Notes under the pieces: model-generated
Databases searched by the model: none
What the model saw: only the letters and a program-made list of their open reading frames with translations
Told to the model about the DNA's origin: nothing
Shown here: one piece after another, positions 46,160-56,412 of the stretch
Layout of the letters: the number at the start of each line of letters is the position of its first letter
Position numbering within the stretch: position 1 is the stretch's first letter
Made by a program: the position numbers and the translations under genes
Source of the DNA: Clostridia bacterium
GTDB taxonomy: Bacteria; Bacillota; Clostridia; Christensenellales; CAG-138
DNA length: 64,000 bases
Reading direction: 5' to 3'
NCBI GenBank assembly: GCA_017407205.1
Contig: JAFQXA010000016.1
Location: forward strand, 86,726 to 150,725

Positions 46160-47377
46160 ATGAAAGAGTTTTTTAAGAATTTCAACCTACAAAAGCTTTC
46201 CTTGCTCATAACGGCATTGGCATTTATAGCAATACTCTTTATCATGGGCGTAAAATGCAGATATAATGCCATAACTCCCATCCTTGACGGGGATAGCGAG
46301 GGCATTATAGCACTCAAGGATAAGATAGATAAAAACTATAAAGAGGAGCTTTACCGCAAGTATGACTATGTCGGCATCTGCGGTTTGAGTGCCAAGGCTT
46401 TCGGTATGACTGAATTGAACGGCATTTTAAAGCTTCAATCGGGTTCTTTGATGGAAAATCCGGCAGCCGTTGCCGACTATCCGTCAAGCTGTGCCGAGAA
46501 TCTTAAAAAGCTTGATGATTATGTGAAAGAACGCGATAAAGAACTTTTGTATGTTCAGATTCCCACAAAGGGCGGAGAAAACAGTGGTCTTTTGCCCAAG
46601 GGCAAGGCAGATTGCGGAGATGCACTTTACGATGCACTTGAAAGCGATATCAAAAAGTACGGCATTGATACATTAAGCATGAGAGCTGTTTTTGAACAGG
46701 CAGGCTTAACTCAAAAAGATGTTTACTTTGATACTGACCATCATTGGAATATAAGAACAGCTTTCTTCGCATTCTCTGAAATGGTTAAGTTTTTCAACGA
46801 AAATTACGGCTTGAATATCGATGCAAAGTATACGGATATCAATAATTACGATGTTGAAGTCTACGAGGATATTTTCCTCGGCTCACACGGCAAAAAGGTA
46901 GGCAGATACTATGCGGGCATGGACGATTTTGAACTTATTGTTCCCCAAAAAGAGCTTGATTCTGAAATCACTTTTGAAGTGCCGAGCAAAAATTTGTTAA
47001 GGCAGGGAAGCTTCAGGCAAAGTGCTATGGATGAAAGACACATGGTGTATGATATGCAAAATCCGCCAAACTGCTATGAGGCATACCTCGGCGGAAGCTA
47101 TAGGTTTGCAAAGATTACAAACGAAAATGCACCCGTTAATAAAAAGCTTTTGATGCTTACGGATTCAATGGGCTATCCCGTTATAAGCTTCATGTCGCTC
47201 GTCTTTAAGGAGATAGAGTATGTTGATTTGAGGTATTACCGTGAAAGCTCGTTTATCGATGTTTTTGAAGAGTTCGATCCCGATATTGTGGTGCTCAATT
47301 ACTATATGACAAGACTGTTTGACGGAGTAGCTTTTGACTTTTTTGAAAAAATAGAAAAAGACCAGGTAATACAGTAA
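46160..47377 (+). CDS. DHHW-family (AlgJ/AlgX/PatB-like) extracellular O-acetyltransferase partner
   Basis: N-terminal anchor, YF.TDHHW and L..TDS motifs; directly after the MBOAT gene; GGAGG RBS before ATG 46160. Confidence 0.8.
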   Translation: MKEFFKNFNLQKLSLLITALAFIAILFIMGVKCRYNAITPILDGDSEGIIALKDKIDKNYKEELYRKYDYVGICGLSAKAFGMTELNGILKLQSGSLMENPAAVADYPSSCAENLKKLDDYVKERDKELLYVQIPTKGGENSGLLPKGKADCGDALYDALESDIKKYGIDTLSMRAVFEQAGLTQKDVYFDTDHHWNIRTAFFAFSEMVKFFNENYGLNIDAKYTDINNYDVEVYEDIFLGSHGKKVGRYYAGMDDFELIVPQKELDSEITFEVPSKNLLRQGSFRQSAMDERHMVYDMQNPPNCYEAYLGGSYRFAKITNENAPVNKKLLMLTDSMGYPVISFMSLVFKEIEYVDLRYYRESSFIDVFEEFDPDIVVLNYYMTRLFDGVAFDFFEKIEKDQVIQ

Positions 47378-47429
47378 AAACTGCTTAAAACACTTTACAA
47401 AACAGGGCGATTATGTTATACTCTCAGAC

Positions 47430-47487
47430 GCAACCGATTGCTATGCTTTGCGATTCTCCAACGCTTTGCTTGGCTTTCGGGGGTAGA
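47430..47487 (+). promoter_or_regulatory. Ribosomal protein S15 autoregulatory leader (Firmicute type)
   Basis: AACC...GCT...CTCCAACG...GCTTGGC..TCGGGG between a TTTACA-17-TATACT promoter and rpsO, resembling the Bacillus/Clostridium S15 leader. Confidence 0.6.
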
Positions 47488-47510
47488 TAAAATTTTTGGA
47501 GGATAAAAAA

Positions 47511-47768
47511 ATGCAGACAAAACAGGAAATTATCGAACGCTTCAAGCTTCATGAAGGCGACACAGGTTCACCCGAAGTTCAGGTTGCTCTTTTGACAGAG
47601 AGAATTAACCACTTGAACGAGCACTTGAAGCTCAACAAGAAGGACCATCACTCACGTCGCGGTCTTTTGAAGATGGTTGGTAAGCGTCGTGGCTTGCTCA
47701 ACTACTTGAAGGAAAAGGATATCGAAAGATACAGAGCTATAGTTGCAGCTTTGAATCTCAGAAAGTAA
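47511..47768 (+). CDS. rpsO: 30S ribosomal protein S15
   Basis: [16 protein letters not shown]...[22 protein letters not shown]. Confidence 0.99.
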   Translation: MQTKQEIIERFKLHEGDTGSPEVQVALLTERINHLNEHLKLNKKDHHSRRGLLKMVGKRRGLLNYLKEKDIERYRAIVAALNLRK

Positions 47769-47786
47769 GAAAAACGAAACAGTCAA

Positions 47787-47824
47787 TCGGCTTTGCACAA
47801 AAAGTGCAAAGCCGAAACTATTTT
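47787..47824 (+). terminator. Hairpin terminator after rpsO
   Basis: TCGGCTTTGCAC-AAAAA-GTGCAAAGCCGA. Confidence 0.7.
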
Positions 47825-47870
47825 ATCTTATAAGTTACAGTAAATACTGAAGAAATGCGGAGCTTACAAA

Positions 47871-48302
47871 ATGCATTTTGATGAACTTAAAATCGGTATG
47901 ATGGTAGAAACTGCCCATGCCCGAATAGAGAAAGAAAAAATGATAGCTTTTGCTTTGGATTATGATAATATTCCGTTGCATACCGATGAGGAATATGCAA
48001 AAAGCACACCGTTTGGGAAGCTTATAGCACCCGGCATGATGTCTTTTCTCTCGGTTTGGGCAAAGTATCTTGAAGTTGACTTTTTCGGTGAAGAATTGCT
48101 TGCCGGAAAATCAAGTAAAATTGAGTGGATGAAGCCCGTGTATGCAGATGATGTTCTTTGTGGCAAAGCAACCGTTACTAACCTCATAAAGCGAAACGAA
48201 AGAAACGGCATTGTCGAGGTTTCCATTGATGTTTATAACCAAAACGGCGAACTCGTATTAAAAAATGTGACAGAAGCTGTTGTGAAAATAAGCAATCAAT
48301 AA
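47871..48302 (+). CDS. MaoC/FkbR2-like hot-dog fold dehydratase
   Basis: FDELKIG, FA..YDNIPLHTDEEYA...FGKLIAPG, PVY..D.L, NQNGELV. Confidence 0.85.
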   Translation: MHFDELKIGMMVETAHARIEKEKMIAFALDYDNIPLHTDEEYAKSTPFGKLIAPGMMSFLSVWAKYLEVDFFGEELLAGKSSKIEWMKPVYADDVLCGKATVTNLIKRNERNGIVEVSIDVYNQNGELVLKNVTEAVVKISNQ

Positions 48303-48508
48303 ATGAAAAAGTCAAAGTAATGAAGCTGTAGATTGCAGCAAATACTGAAAAGTTGCAGGATAACAAGGCGAGGAATTGTTCTTTGCCTTGTTTTTCATTT
48401 TTATTTGTTATTTGAATGTGAATTATCAAAATAAAATCGTGCAAATAATAAGAATGTAGTATATAATAAATAAGTTATGAATTATAGAAGAGAAAAAGGA
48501 GAAAAAAG

Positions 48509-50596
48509 ATGGAAAGAGTATTCCAAACACAGGTAGCCGGCAGAACGCTTACTGTTGAAACAGGCAAGTATGCTGAGCAGGCAGGCGGCAGCGTATTGCT
48601 CCGCTGCGGTGACACGGCAGTTTTGGTTTGTGCAACTGTTGCAAAGAGCGCACGTGATGGCGTTGACTTCTTGCCGTTGTCAGTAGAATTTGAAGAAAAG
48701 ATGTATTCAGTAGGTAAAATCCCCGGTGGTTTCATTAAGCGTGAAGGCCGTCCGACAGAGCGTGCAATCCTGACATCGCGCTTGATTGACAGACCGCTTC
48801 GTCCGTTGTTCCCCAAGGGCTTTTACAATGATATACAGGTAGTTGCAACTGTTCTTTCGGTAGAGCAGGATATACAGCCCGATGTATTGGCAATGATCGG
48901 TTCATCCGTTGCATTGGCAATAAGCGAAGCTCCCTTCATGGGCCCCACAGGTGCAGTCAGCGTCGGTTATGTTGACGGCGAATATATAATCAACCCCAAT
49001 TGCGAACAGCGTGAAAAGAGCAGACTTGCACTTACAGTTGCAGGTACTAAAGACGCTGTTATGATGGTTGAAGCAGGTGCAAACGAGCTTACTGAGGCTG
49101 AAATGCTCAAGGCTATCTTGCTTGCACATGAAGAAATCAAGAAGATTGTTGACTTCATAAATGAAGTTGCAAGCGAAGTGGGCAAAGAAAAGATGGAAGT
49201 TAACATCTACAAGCCCGACGAAGAGTTCACGGCAAAGGTTCGTGAATACTCGGTTGATAAGGTTGAATGGTCACTCGATACTTTTGACCGCAAAGAGCGT
49301 GAAGCAAGAAGTGAACAGGTAAAGGCAGAGGTTAAGGAATACTTCAGCACAGAATATCCCGAATCCGAAAAGGATATCGATGCTATTCTTTACACGCTCA
49401 CAAAGGAAATCGTAAGAGATAAGATAATCAACAGAAAAATTCGTCCCGACGGCAGAAAACAAGATGAAATCCGTCCCATTTGGAGCGAGGTCGGTATACT
49501 TCCCAGAACACACGGCAGTGGTGTTTTCACACGCGGTCAGACACAGGTTTTGACAATATGCACATTGGGGTCAATCGGTGACGGTCAGACTCTTGACGGC
49601 ATCGGTGATGAAGAATTCAAGCGTTATATGCACCAGTACAATATGCCCCCGTACAGCGTTGGCGAAACACGTCCCATGCGTGGCCCGGGCAGACGTGAGA
49701 TAGGTCACGGTGCATTGGCAGAGCGTGCATTGCTTCCCATGATTCCGAGTGAGGAAGAATTCCCCTACGCAATGCGTTTGGTATCTGAAGTAATCAGCTC
49801 AAACGGCTCAACATCACAGGCTTCAATCTGCGCAAGCACACTTGCACTCATGGATGCAGGCGTACCGATTAAGAAGCCCGTAGCAGGTGTTGCAATGGGA
49901 CTTATTAAAGATGACAGCAACGGCAACATCGCTGTTTTGACAGATATTCAGGGCCTTGAAGACTTCCTCGGCGATATGGACTTTAAGGTAGCAGGCACAC
50001 GCGAGGGTATCACAGCTATCCAGATGGATATCAAGATCAAGGGTATTGACGAGCAGATTTTGACACGCGCACTTGAACAGGCACGCCTCGGCCGTCTTTT
50101 CATACTTGACAGAATGATGGAAACAATCAGCGAGCCCAGGGAAGAACTTTCACCCTATGCTCCGAGAATTCTCCAGTTCACTATTGATCCTGATAAGATT
50201 CGTGAAGTTATCGGTAGTGGCGGCAAGACAATCAACAAGATTATTGCTGATACAGGCGTAAAGATTGACATCGAAGATGATGGACGAGTATTTATTGCTT
50301 CTCCCGACAGCGAAGCTGCAAAGGAAGCAAAGAAGATGATAGACAGCATCGTAAAGGAAATTGAAGTCGGTGATGTCATACTCGGCAAGGTTGTCAATAT
50401 TCTTCCTATAGGCGCACAGGTTGAGGTTAAACCCGGCAAGAAAGGTCTTGTTCACATAAGCAAGCTTGCAAACCACAGGGTTGAAAAGGTTGAGGATGAA
50501 GTTTCATTAGGCGACGAAATTTTGGTTCGCGTTATCGACATCAAGCCCGACGGTAAGATTGACCTTACAAGAAAAGGCCTTATCCCCGAAAAATAA
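48509..50596 (+). CDS. pnp: Polyribonucleotide nucleotidyltransferase (PNPase)
   Basis: [46 protein letters not shown] and S1 domains. Confidence 0.99.
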   Translation: MERVFQTQVAGRTLTVETGKYAEQAGGSVLLRCGDTAVLVCATVAKSARDGVDFLPLSVEFEEKMYSVGKIPGGFIKREGRPTERAILTSRLIDRPLRPLFPKGFYNDIQVVATVLSVEQDIQPDVLAMIGSSVALAISEAPFMGPTGAVSVGYVDGEYIINPNCEQREKSRLALTVAGTKDAVMMVEAGANELTEAEMLKAILLAHEEIKKIVDFINEVASEVGKEKMEVNIYKPDEEFTAKVREYSVDKVEWSLDTFDRKEREARSEQVKAEVKEYFSTEYPESEKDIDAILYTLTKEIVRDKIINRKIRPDGRKQDEIRPIWSEVGILPRTHGSGVFTRGQTQVLTICTLGSIGDGQTLDGIGDEEFKRYMHQYNMPPYSVGETRPMRGPGRREIGHGALAERALLPMIPSEEEFPYAMRLVSEVISSNGSTSQASICASTLALMDAGVPIKKPVAGVAMGLIKDDSNGNIAVLTDIQGLEDFLGDMDFKVAGTREGITAIQMDIKIKGIDEQILTRALEQARLGRLFILDRMMETISEPREELSPYAPRILQFTIDPDKIREVIGSGGKTINKIIADTGVKIDIEDDGRVFIASPDSEAAKEAKKMIDSIVKEIEVGDVILGKVVNILPIGAQVEVKPGKKGLVHISKLANHRVEKVEDEVSLGDEILVRVIDIKPDGKIDLTRKGLIPEK

Positions 50597-50748
50597 TATA
50601 TAATGACAGAACTGCGGCTGCCGAGGGAAAGTATTTTGCTTTGCTTCGGCGGTCGTTGATGCATTTTGACGATAGTTTTATTGCGTGTTTTAGTATCTTG
50701 AACGCGTTTTGTGAATATCATGGAGTATCTTACTTTTGGAGGTACAAC

Positions 50749-51453
50749 ATGAGGAAACGAAGAAAAGCACAATTAAACGGAACGATAGTGAACACGCTTA
50801 TAATTGCAATGATTGCAATGCTTTATATTTCAACCAATCAAAGTGTTGTTGCATCGCTTGTGACAACGGATGCGTTTTATTCTCCGCCCGTATACAGGGG
50901 GAGGGATAAAGAGTCGGTTGCATTTATGATGCAGGTTGATTATGAAGCACAAATGCTTGAAACGATACTCGATACATTATCCCAAAGCGATACACGCATA
51001 ACGGTGGCGGTGAGCGGAAAATGGGCAGAGAATAATCCAAAGCTCTTAAAACGCATGATAAATGATGGACACGAGATTGCTACTATGGGCTATGAAAGCG
51101 ATAAAGACGGTGATGAGAATTGGGTTTTAAACGATGTCGCAAAATCGCTTGATACTGTGGAGCTTATAAGCGGTGTTCGCCCAACGCTTTATTATTCGGG
51201 CGAAAATCGTAATATCCCCGTATCCTCCCACGTTTCAAAGAAGCTTTCGTTAACTCAGACGCTTTGTACGCTCGATTTGCTGTGTGCAAAGGGCGATAAG
51301 CATGACTTGTTAAAAAGAGCTGAAAAAATCGATGAAAAAGCAAGCATAATACTTATAAAACCGACAAAAGCTATGAGTGAGTCGCTTGGCGGCATAATAG
51401 AAATTTTGAATACGAAAGGCATTAAAATCGCAGCGGTAAGCGATATTTTGTAA
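50749..51453 (+). CDS. YlxY-like polysaccharide deacetylase (NodB) homolog with degenerate catalytic motifs
   Basis: N-terminal TM, PVYRG, G.W.E.NP.L.......GHEI; pnp-ylxY-M16 peptidase synteny. TFDD and HxxxH motifs are not retained. Confidence 0.7.
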   Translation: MRKRRKAQLNGTIVNTLIIAMIAMLYISTNQSVVASLVTTDAFYSPPVYRGRDKESVAFMMQVDYEAQMLETILDTLSQSDTRITVAVSGKWAENNPKLLKRMINDGHEIATMGYESDKDGDENWVLNDVAKSLDTVELISGVRPTLYYSGENRNIPVSSHVSKKLSLTQTLCTLDLLCAKGDKHDLLKRAEKIDEKASIILIKPTKAMSESLGGIIEILNTKGIKIAAVSDIL

Positions 51454-51458
51454 AAGAA

Positions 51459-52721
51459 ATGGTAAAGAAAGCAGTATTAAAAAACGGAATAAAGGTTGCA
51501 ATGCAAAAACTCTCTGAGTTTCGCTCGGTATCCATAGGCGTATGGATAAAGGCAGGCTCGGTTTATGAACAAGAGAGAGAATACGGCATATCGCATTTTA
51601 TAGAACATATGCTTTTCAAGGGTACGACTAACAGGACAGCTCAGGATATTGCTTCAGAGATGGACAGCGTCGGCGGTCACCTTAATGCGTTTACTGCAAA
51701 GGAATGTACCTGCTACTATGCAAAGGTCACAGATGCACAGTTGAAGCTTGCGGTTTCAATTCTTGCCGATATGGTAAAGAACTCCGTGTTTGATGAGACG
51801 GAGATGGAGAAAGAAAAAGGCGTTGTCTGCGACGAGATTTTAATGGTGGAGGACAGTCCCGAAGAATTGGTGCATGACTTGTTATGTGCAGAGGTCTATA
51901 AGGGAACAGCTCTTGAATCGCAGATACTCGGAAGCGAGAAAAACGTTCGCTCGTTTACACGCAGTGATATTTTAAACTATATGGCACGCCGTTATATGCC
52001 CGATGATATGCTCATTGCCTGTGCAGGTAATTTTGATGAGCAGGAGCTTCTTGATTTGCTTGAAGAGGCATTTTCAGGCTACGGTACGGGCAGCGGAGCA
52101 GAGTATGAGAATGTTTGCTATGCAGGCGGAGGAAGATTTTCACACATAAAGAAGGATATAGAACAGGCACACGTATGTTTGGGCTTCCCGGGTTTTTCAT
52201 TTGATGATGACGACCAGCTCGCAATGCTCATTTTGAACAATGTATTGGGCGGAAGCATGAGCTCAAGGCTTTTCCAGACCATAAGGGAAGAAAAGGGACT
52301 TGCATACTCTGTTTATTCGTATCCGTCATCATACAAAACAACGGGCTATTTTGCACTCTATGCAGGAACGGGTGAAAAACAAGCATATGAGGTTGCTTCA
52401 TTGATGCTCACAGAGGTTGATAAGCTCCTCAAAAACGGCATAACTCAAAAAGAGCTTTTGAGGGCAAAAGAACAGTTTAAGGGAAGCTATGTTCTTGGGC
52501 AGGAAAGCACATCGGCAAGGTCGAATTCGATAGGTAAGTCGGAACTTTTGAGGGGATATACCTATACGGAAAGTCAAATCATGGAAATGGTTGACAAAAT
52601 AGATATGGCAACAATGGAGCGTATAATACCGAAGATTTTTGACCGTTCACGCTTAAACGGTGCGCTTGTCAGCCGTGATGATAAGGGTGCAGAGGCAATA
52701 AGAAAGCTTATATTGAGTTAA
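51459..52721 (+). CDS. M16 (pitrilysin-family) zinc peptidase, MlpA/YmxG-like
   Basis: HFIEHMLFKGT (HxxEH), NAFTAKE.TCYY, GGSMSSRLFQ.IREEKGLAYSVYS. Confidence 0.93.
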   Translation: MVKKAVLKNGIKVAMQKLSEFRSVSIGVWIKAGSVYEQEREYGISHFIEHMLFKGTTNRTAQDIASEMDSVGGHLNAFTAKECTCYYAKVTDAQLKLAVSILADMVKNSVFDETEMEKEKGVVCDEILMVEDSPEELVHDLLCAEVYKGTALESQILGSEKNVRSFTRSDILNYMARRYMPDDMLIACAGNFDEQELLDLLEEAFSGYGTGSGAEYENVCYAGGGRFSHIKKDIEQAHVCLGFPGFSFDDDDQLAMLILNNVLGGSMSSRLFQTIREEKGLAYSVYSYPSSYKTTGYFALYAGTGEKQAYEVASLMLTEVDKLLKNGITQKELLRAKEQFKGSYVLGQESTSARSNSIGKSELLRGYTYTESQIMEMVDKIDMATMERIIPKIFDRSRLNGALVSRDDKGAEAIRKLILS

Positions 52722-52752
52722 GATATTCTACAAAAGATAAACGGAGCGTATT

Positions 52753-53124
52753 ATGGAAAATAAGAAGGACAAGCTCGACATTATTTTTGATATGCAGAAG
52801 TCACTTGATGACGATATAGTAAATCGCAGGGGCTTACATGGCATCACTCGCGAGGAATGGGTGCAGAAGGAGATACTTGCGATTATCTCAGAGCTTAGCG
52901 AGATATTGGACGAGGTTAATTTTAAGTGGTGGAAGAACCCGAAAGAAGTAAATGACAGGGCACTTAAGGAAGAAATGATTGATGTATTGCATTTCTTTGT
53001 AAGTATGTGCTCAAAGGCAGGAATGACCTCGGATGAACTCTTTGAACTTTACAAGGAAAAGAACAAGGAGAATTTTGACAGACAGTACGGAAGAAGCGAG
53101 AAAAAGGGCTACGAGGTAAACTGA
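52753..53124 (+). CDS. All-alpha (dimeric, dUTPase_2-like) dUTPase
   Basis: Q..LD, EL.E..DE..FKWWK, EE.ID.LHF, Y..KN..N..RQ..GY motifs. Confidence 0.8.
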   Translation: MENKKDKLDIIFDMQKSLDDDIVNRRGLHGITREEWVQKEILAIISELSEILDEVNFKWWKNPKEVNDRALKEEMIDVLHFFVSMCSKAGMTSDELFELYKEKNKENFDRQYGRSEKKGYEVN

Positions 53125-53131
53125 AGACAAG

Positions 53132-54322
53132 ATGGCAAGGCGTAGAATCAGAATAAGATTTCAAACCAAATTTTATGTTTTGGTGGCGGCAATATGTATA
53201 ATCGCATTGACCGTCCTGGTTTGGGTGCTTACAGGCAATAATGCGATGCTTGAAATGGGGTATGTCAATACCGAAATCGAAACCGTTGCCCTGATAGTCA
53301 GGGATGAAGAATGTTTCCCCGTTGAAAAGCACGACCGCGTGCTTTATAAGGTCGATGAGGGAAGTGAGGTAAATGCAGGCGACACAGTGGCTTCCGTGTT
53401 CAAGTGGGGCTATACGGACGAGCGTATGCAGGCTTTGATCACAGTGCAAAGAGAAATTCTTGAAGAACAGCGTGCACAGCTTGCAGGAGCTTTAAATTCA
53501 AAACTATCAGAGCTTGATTCAGGAATAGAACAGAAAATAGTGATGGCACGTGAAAATGTGATGAGAGGGACGGAAGGTGACCTCTTGAAGATAGAGCAGG
53601 AGCTTGATGCGTTGCTCAATGAGCGCCGAAAGCTTTTGAAAGAAACGGTTCAGCCAAACACGAGGCTTGAGAATTTGTATGCAGCAGAAGAAGAGCAGCT
53701 TGCGCTTTTGAATGAATGGCGAGCAAATGTTACAGCATCAAAGGCAGGCAGAATAAGCTTTTACTTTGACGGATATGAGCAGGCACTTAATGCACAAAAG
53801 CTTGAGCTGTTGAACTCGGAAATAATAGCGTCCGCAATAAAGAATACAAAGAGTGTAAGCAGTGAGAAAAAAGACGGTACGCTTTTATACAGAATAGTCA
53901 ATCCGTCGGAGTTCTATCTGGCTTTCTCAACAAGTCTGGATTCCTTTGAAACAATAAAAAAAGGCGTAAATTACGAGATCGTATTTGACTCGAATAATGA
54001 TACACCCTATATGGCAGAGGGTATAATGTCAATTGCAGAGACAGAAAAGCTTGTAAGCGTATTGAAGGTCAGCGCGGATATTGATAACTTCATCGATGCG
54101 CGCAAGGTTTCTTTGGTGGCACGTGCAACCGTTAACGGATTGAAAATCCCTGTTTCCATGATAAAGGCGGCGGACGGTAAGCTTTACATTTGTGTTGACA
54201 GAGGCATGGGCAAGGAAATGGTGGAAATCAATGTTCTCGCAACTGATGGAAAAGATGTCATAATAGAAGCTAAAAATGAAGCTGATAATTTAACCGCAGG
54301 AATGAGGTGCAAAAAGCCGTGA
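53132..54322 (+). CDS. HlyD-like membrane-fusion/adaptor domain protein (clostridial family preceding yggS)
   Basis: N-terminal TM, IVRDE, EG..V..GD.VA lipoyl-like half motif, coiled coil, G.ISFYFDGYE. Confidence 0.7.
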   Translation: MARRRIRIRFQTKFYVLVAAICIIALTVLVWVLTGNNAMLEMGYVNTEIETVALIVRDEECFPVEKHDRVLYKVDEGSEVNAGDTVASVFKWGYTDERMQALITVQREILEEQRAQLAGALNSKLSELDSGIEQKIVMARENVMRGTEGDLLKIEQELDALLNERRKLLKETVQPNTRLENLYAAEEEQLALLNEWRANVTASKAGRISFYFDGYEQALNAQKLELLNSEIIASAIKNTKSVSSEKKDGTLLYRIVNPSEFYLAFSTSLDSFETIKKGVNYEIVFDSNNDTPYMAEGIMSIAETEKLVSVLKVSADIDNFIDARKVSLVARATVNGLKIPVSMIKAADGKLYICVDRGMGKEMVEINVLATDGKDVIIEAKNEADNLTAGMRCKKP

Positions 54323-55008
54323 TGACAATTGGCGATAATTTTAAACGGGTACGCGACAATGTTCTTGAAGCTACGGTAAAAAGTGGCAGAAAAGAGGGTG
54401 ACGTAACATTGATTGCAGTCACAAAATTCGTCGAAACAGAAAGAATTTTACAGGCTATTGAAGCCGGAGCCAAAAATGTTGGGGAAAATCGCGCACAAGA
54501 ATTCATAGATAAGGTAGAATTTTATAAAAAATACAATTTATATACACATTTTATTGGACAATTGCAAACAAATAAGGTAAAATATATAACAGGTAAGGCA
54601 AACTTGGTTCAATCCGTAGACAGGCTTGCCTTGGCAAAGGAGTTAAGTCGTGTCGCAACGCTCCGCGGTCTTTCTCAGGATATACTCATCGAGGTTAATA
54701 TCGGCAGGGAAGAGCAAAAGGGCGGTGTGATGCCTGACGAGCTTGTAAAGCTTTTGTCTCAGATCGCTCTGATGCCCAACATTTCAGTAAAAGGGCTTAT
54801 GTGCATTCCTCCGGCAGTGGGCGAGAGGGAGGTGCATGGCTATTTTGCGTCCATGCGCAGGCTTTTCGATGATATAGCCTCAATGCATATGGAAAATGTT
54901 GATATGGATATTTTGTCCATGGGCATGAGTGGTGACTATATGGCGGCAATAGCCGAGGGCTCAACGATGGTTCGCGTAGGTACTGCGATATTCGGAAGTC
55001 GGGCATAG
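54322..55008 (+). CDS. yggS: Pyridoxal phosphate homeostasis protein (YggS/YlmE)
   Basis: LIAVTK, GENRAQE, HFIGQLQTNKVK, LSMGMSGDY..AI.EGSTMVRVGTAIFG. TGATG coupling to the upstream gene. Confidence 0.95.
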   Translation: MTIGDNFKRVRDNVLEATVKSGRKEGDVTLIAVTKFVETERILQAIEAGAKNVGENRAQEFIDKVEFYKKYNLYTHFIGQLQTNKVKYITGKANLVQSVDRLALAKELSRVATLRGLSQDILIEVNIGREEQKGGVMPDELVKLLSQIALMPNISVKGLMCIPPAVGEREVHGYFASMRRLFDDIASMHMENVDMDILSMGMSGDYMAAIAEGSTMVRVGTAIFGSRA

Positions 55009-55124
55009 ATTATGGCGGTAAAGCGTAGAGAGAGATTGCAAAGTATCGCTTTTTTAACCCACTACACTATTATTTCTCCAGGCGCCGATTGAATACAGAT
55101 TTTGATTGAACGGAGGAATACAAA

Positions 55125-55583
55125 ATGGCAGAATTTTGGAAGAAGTTTAGGGAGAGCATGGGCATCGATATGTACGAGGAAGACGATGATTTCATGGATG
55201 AACTCGAAGAAGAATTGGATGAACCTGCAATTTTGCCCGAAAAACAGTCTTCAAAGAAAAAGGCATCTTCAAGCAAGGGTAATGTGGTAAGCCTTCCCAC
55301 TTCACAGATGCAGAAGATGATAGTCTATCAGCCTATCAGCACGGAAGATACAAAGCACATTATCGATAACCTTAAGAGCCGTAAACCCGTTATCGTTAAC
55401 ATGGAAGAGCTGGATGCAAAGTGTGCACAGCGTATACTCGACTTGATGTGCGGTGCAGTTTACGCACTTGACGGTAGATATCACCGTATAGCAGAGCGTA
55501 TATTTGCGATTGTTCCCAACAACTACACAGTTGTTGCAAACGACAGAACAGCTGAATACGACGACGATATAGAACTCATATAA
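55125..55583 (+). CDS. sepF: Cell division protein SepF
   Basis: I.DNLK...PVIVN.E.L....AQRILD...GAVYALDG; follows yggS. Confidence 0.93.
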   Translation: MAEFWKKFRESMGIDMYEEDDDFMDELEEELDEPAILPEKQSSKKKASSSKGNVVSLPTSQMQKMIVYQPISTEDTKHIIDNLKSRKPVIVNMEELDAKCAQRILDLMCGAVYALDGRYHRIAERIFAIVPNNYTVVANDRTAEYDDDIELI

Positions 55584-55651
55584 TACAATTTTGTGCATGG
55601 AGTGAAGCTGTTGAGCGTAAAAAGGCTTAACGGCTTCTTGTGGTATAAAAA

Positions 55652-55873
55652 ATGACTAACGAAGAAATTCTCAATAAAAAGTTCGCACGCGCTATAAGCG
55701 GTTACAACATAATAGAGGTTGATGAGTTCTTGGATGGGGTTTTGCATGAGCTTGAAATGCGTGATACCGAAAAAGAACATCTCTTGTCACGCGTGAAAGT
55801 CTTAAATGATGAGATTAAATGGCTTCAGGCGCGGGTGAATTCCCTCGAAGACATGCTTTCAAATCATGATTGA
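55652..55873 (+). CDS. Short DivIVA/GpsB N-terminal-domain protein
   Basis: MT.EEI.NKKF.....GY...EVDEFLD followed by a short coiled coil. Confidence 0.82.
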   Translation: MTNEEILNKKFARAISGYNIIEVDEFLDGVLHELEMRDTEKEHLLSRVKVLNDEIKWLQARVNSLEDMLSNHD

Positions 55874-55904
55874 GCAGCAACGTATTATTTACGGAGGTAT
55901 TTAT

Positions 55905-56345
55905 ATGCGAAATTTTAAATTCAAGAGTTTTGTTGCGATTATTATAGCAGCGATTATTGGCGTCATGCTCATTTGTGGCTGCGAAAGCACACCCAAGCGC
56001 GAAGTGGGTTGGTACAAGGGTGTTAGGATGGTCGTAGAAGGCGAGCCAACAAGCCTTACAGCCTTTGAAACTCTTTTTGGTATGAATGTTGTAGCGGTGT
56101 TCAGACAAAACGGAACAGGCTATTTTGATATGATGGGTGGACAGATCACAGACTTTCGCTATTCAAACAACAATATAATAATTGAGGGGCAGGAAACACC
56201 TTATACGCTCGATGATGAGGGCTTGCTTAAGATAACTATATTTGACAGCGAAATTGAGCTCCAGCGTCAGGAGGGCGAGCCCCCCGAACTTTCGACCGAG
56301 GACGATGTAAGTAAACTCCTCGGCGAACTCGGAGCAGGAAATTAA
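55905..56345 (+). CDS. Hypothetical lipoprotein
   Basis: Basic N-terminus, hydrophobic stretch, lipobox-like LICGC; GGAGG RBS before ATG 55905. Confidence 0.7.
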   Translation: MRNFKFKSFVAIIIAAIIGVMLICGCESTPKREVGWYKGVRMVVEGEPTSLTAFETLFGMNVVAVFRQNGTGYFDMMGGQITDFRYSNNNIIIEGQETPYTLDDEGLLKITIFDSEIELQRQEGEPPELSTEDDVSKLLGELGAGN

Positions 56346-56364
56346 AAATCGAATACAACAAAGA

Positions 56365-56402
56365 AAACAGCACTCTGCTTTTTTGCAGGGTGCTGTGTTT
56401 TG
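56365..56402. terminator. Bidirectional terminator closing the T-box operon
   Basis: ACAGCACTCTGC-TTTTTT-GCAGGGTGCTGT hairpin between convergent genes. Confidence 0.7.
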
Positions 56403-56412
56403 TTACGGTTTA

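Noticed and set aside
53132-54322. Drug efflux or type I secretion system implied by the HlyD-like protein
   Set aside because: No ABC/RND transporter is adjacent; this gene type is a usual neighbour of yggS-sepF in Clostridia.
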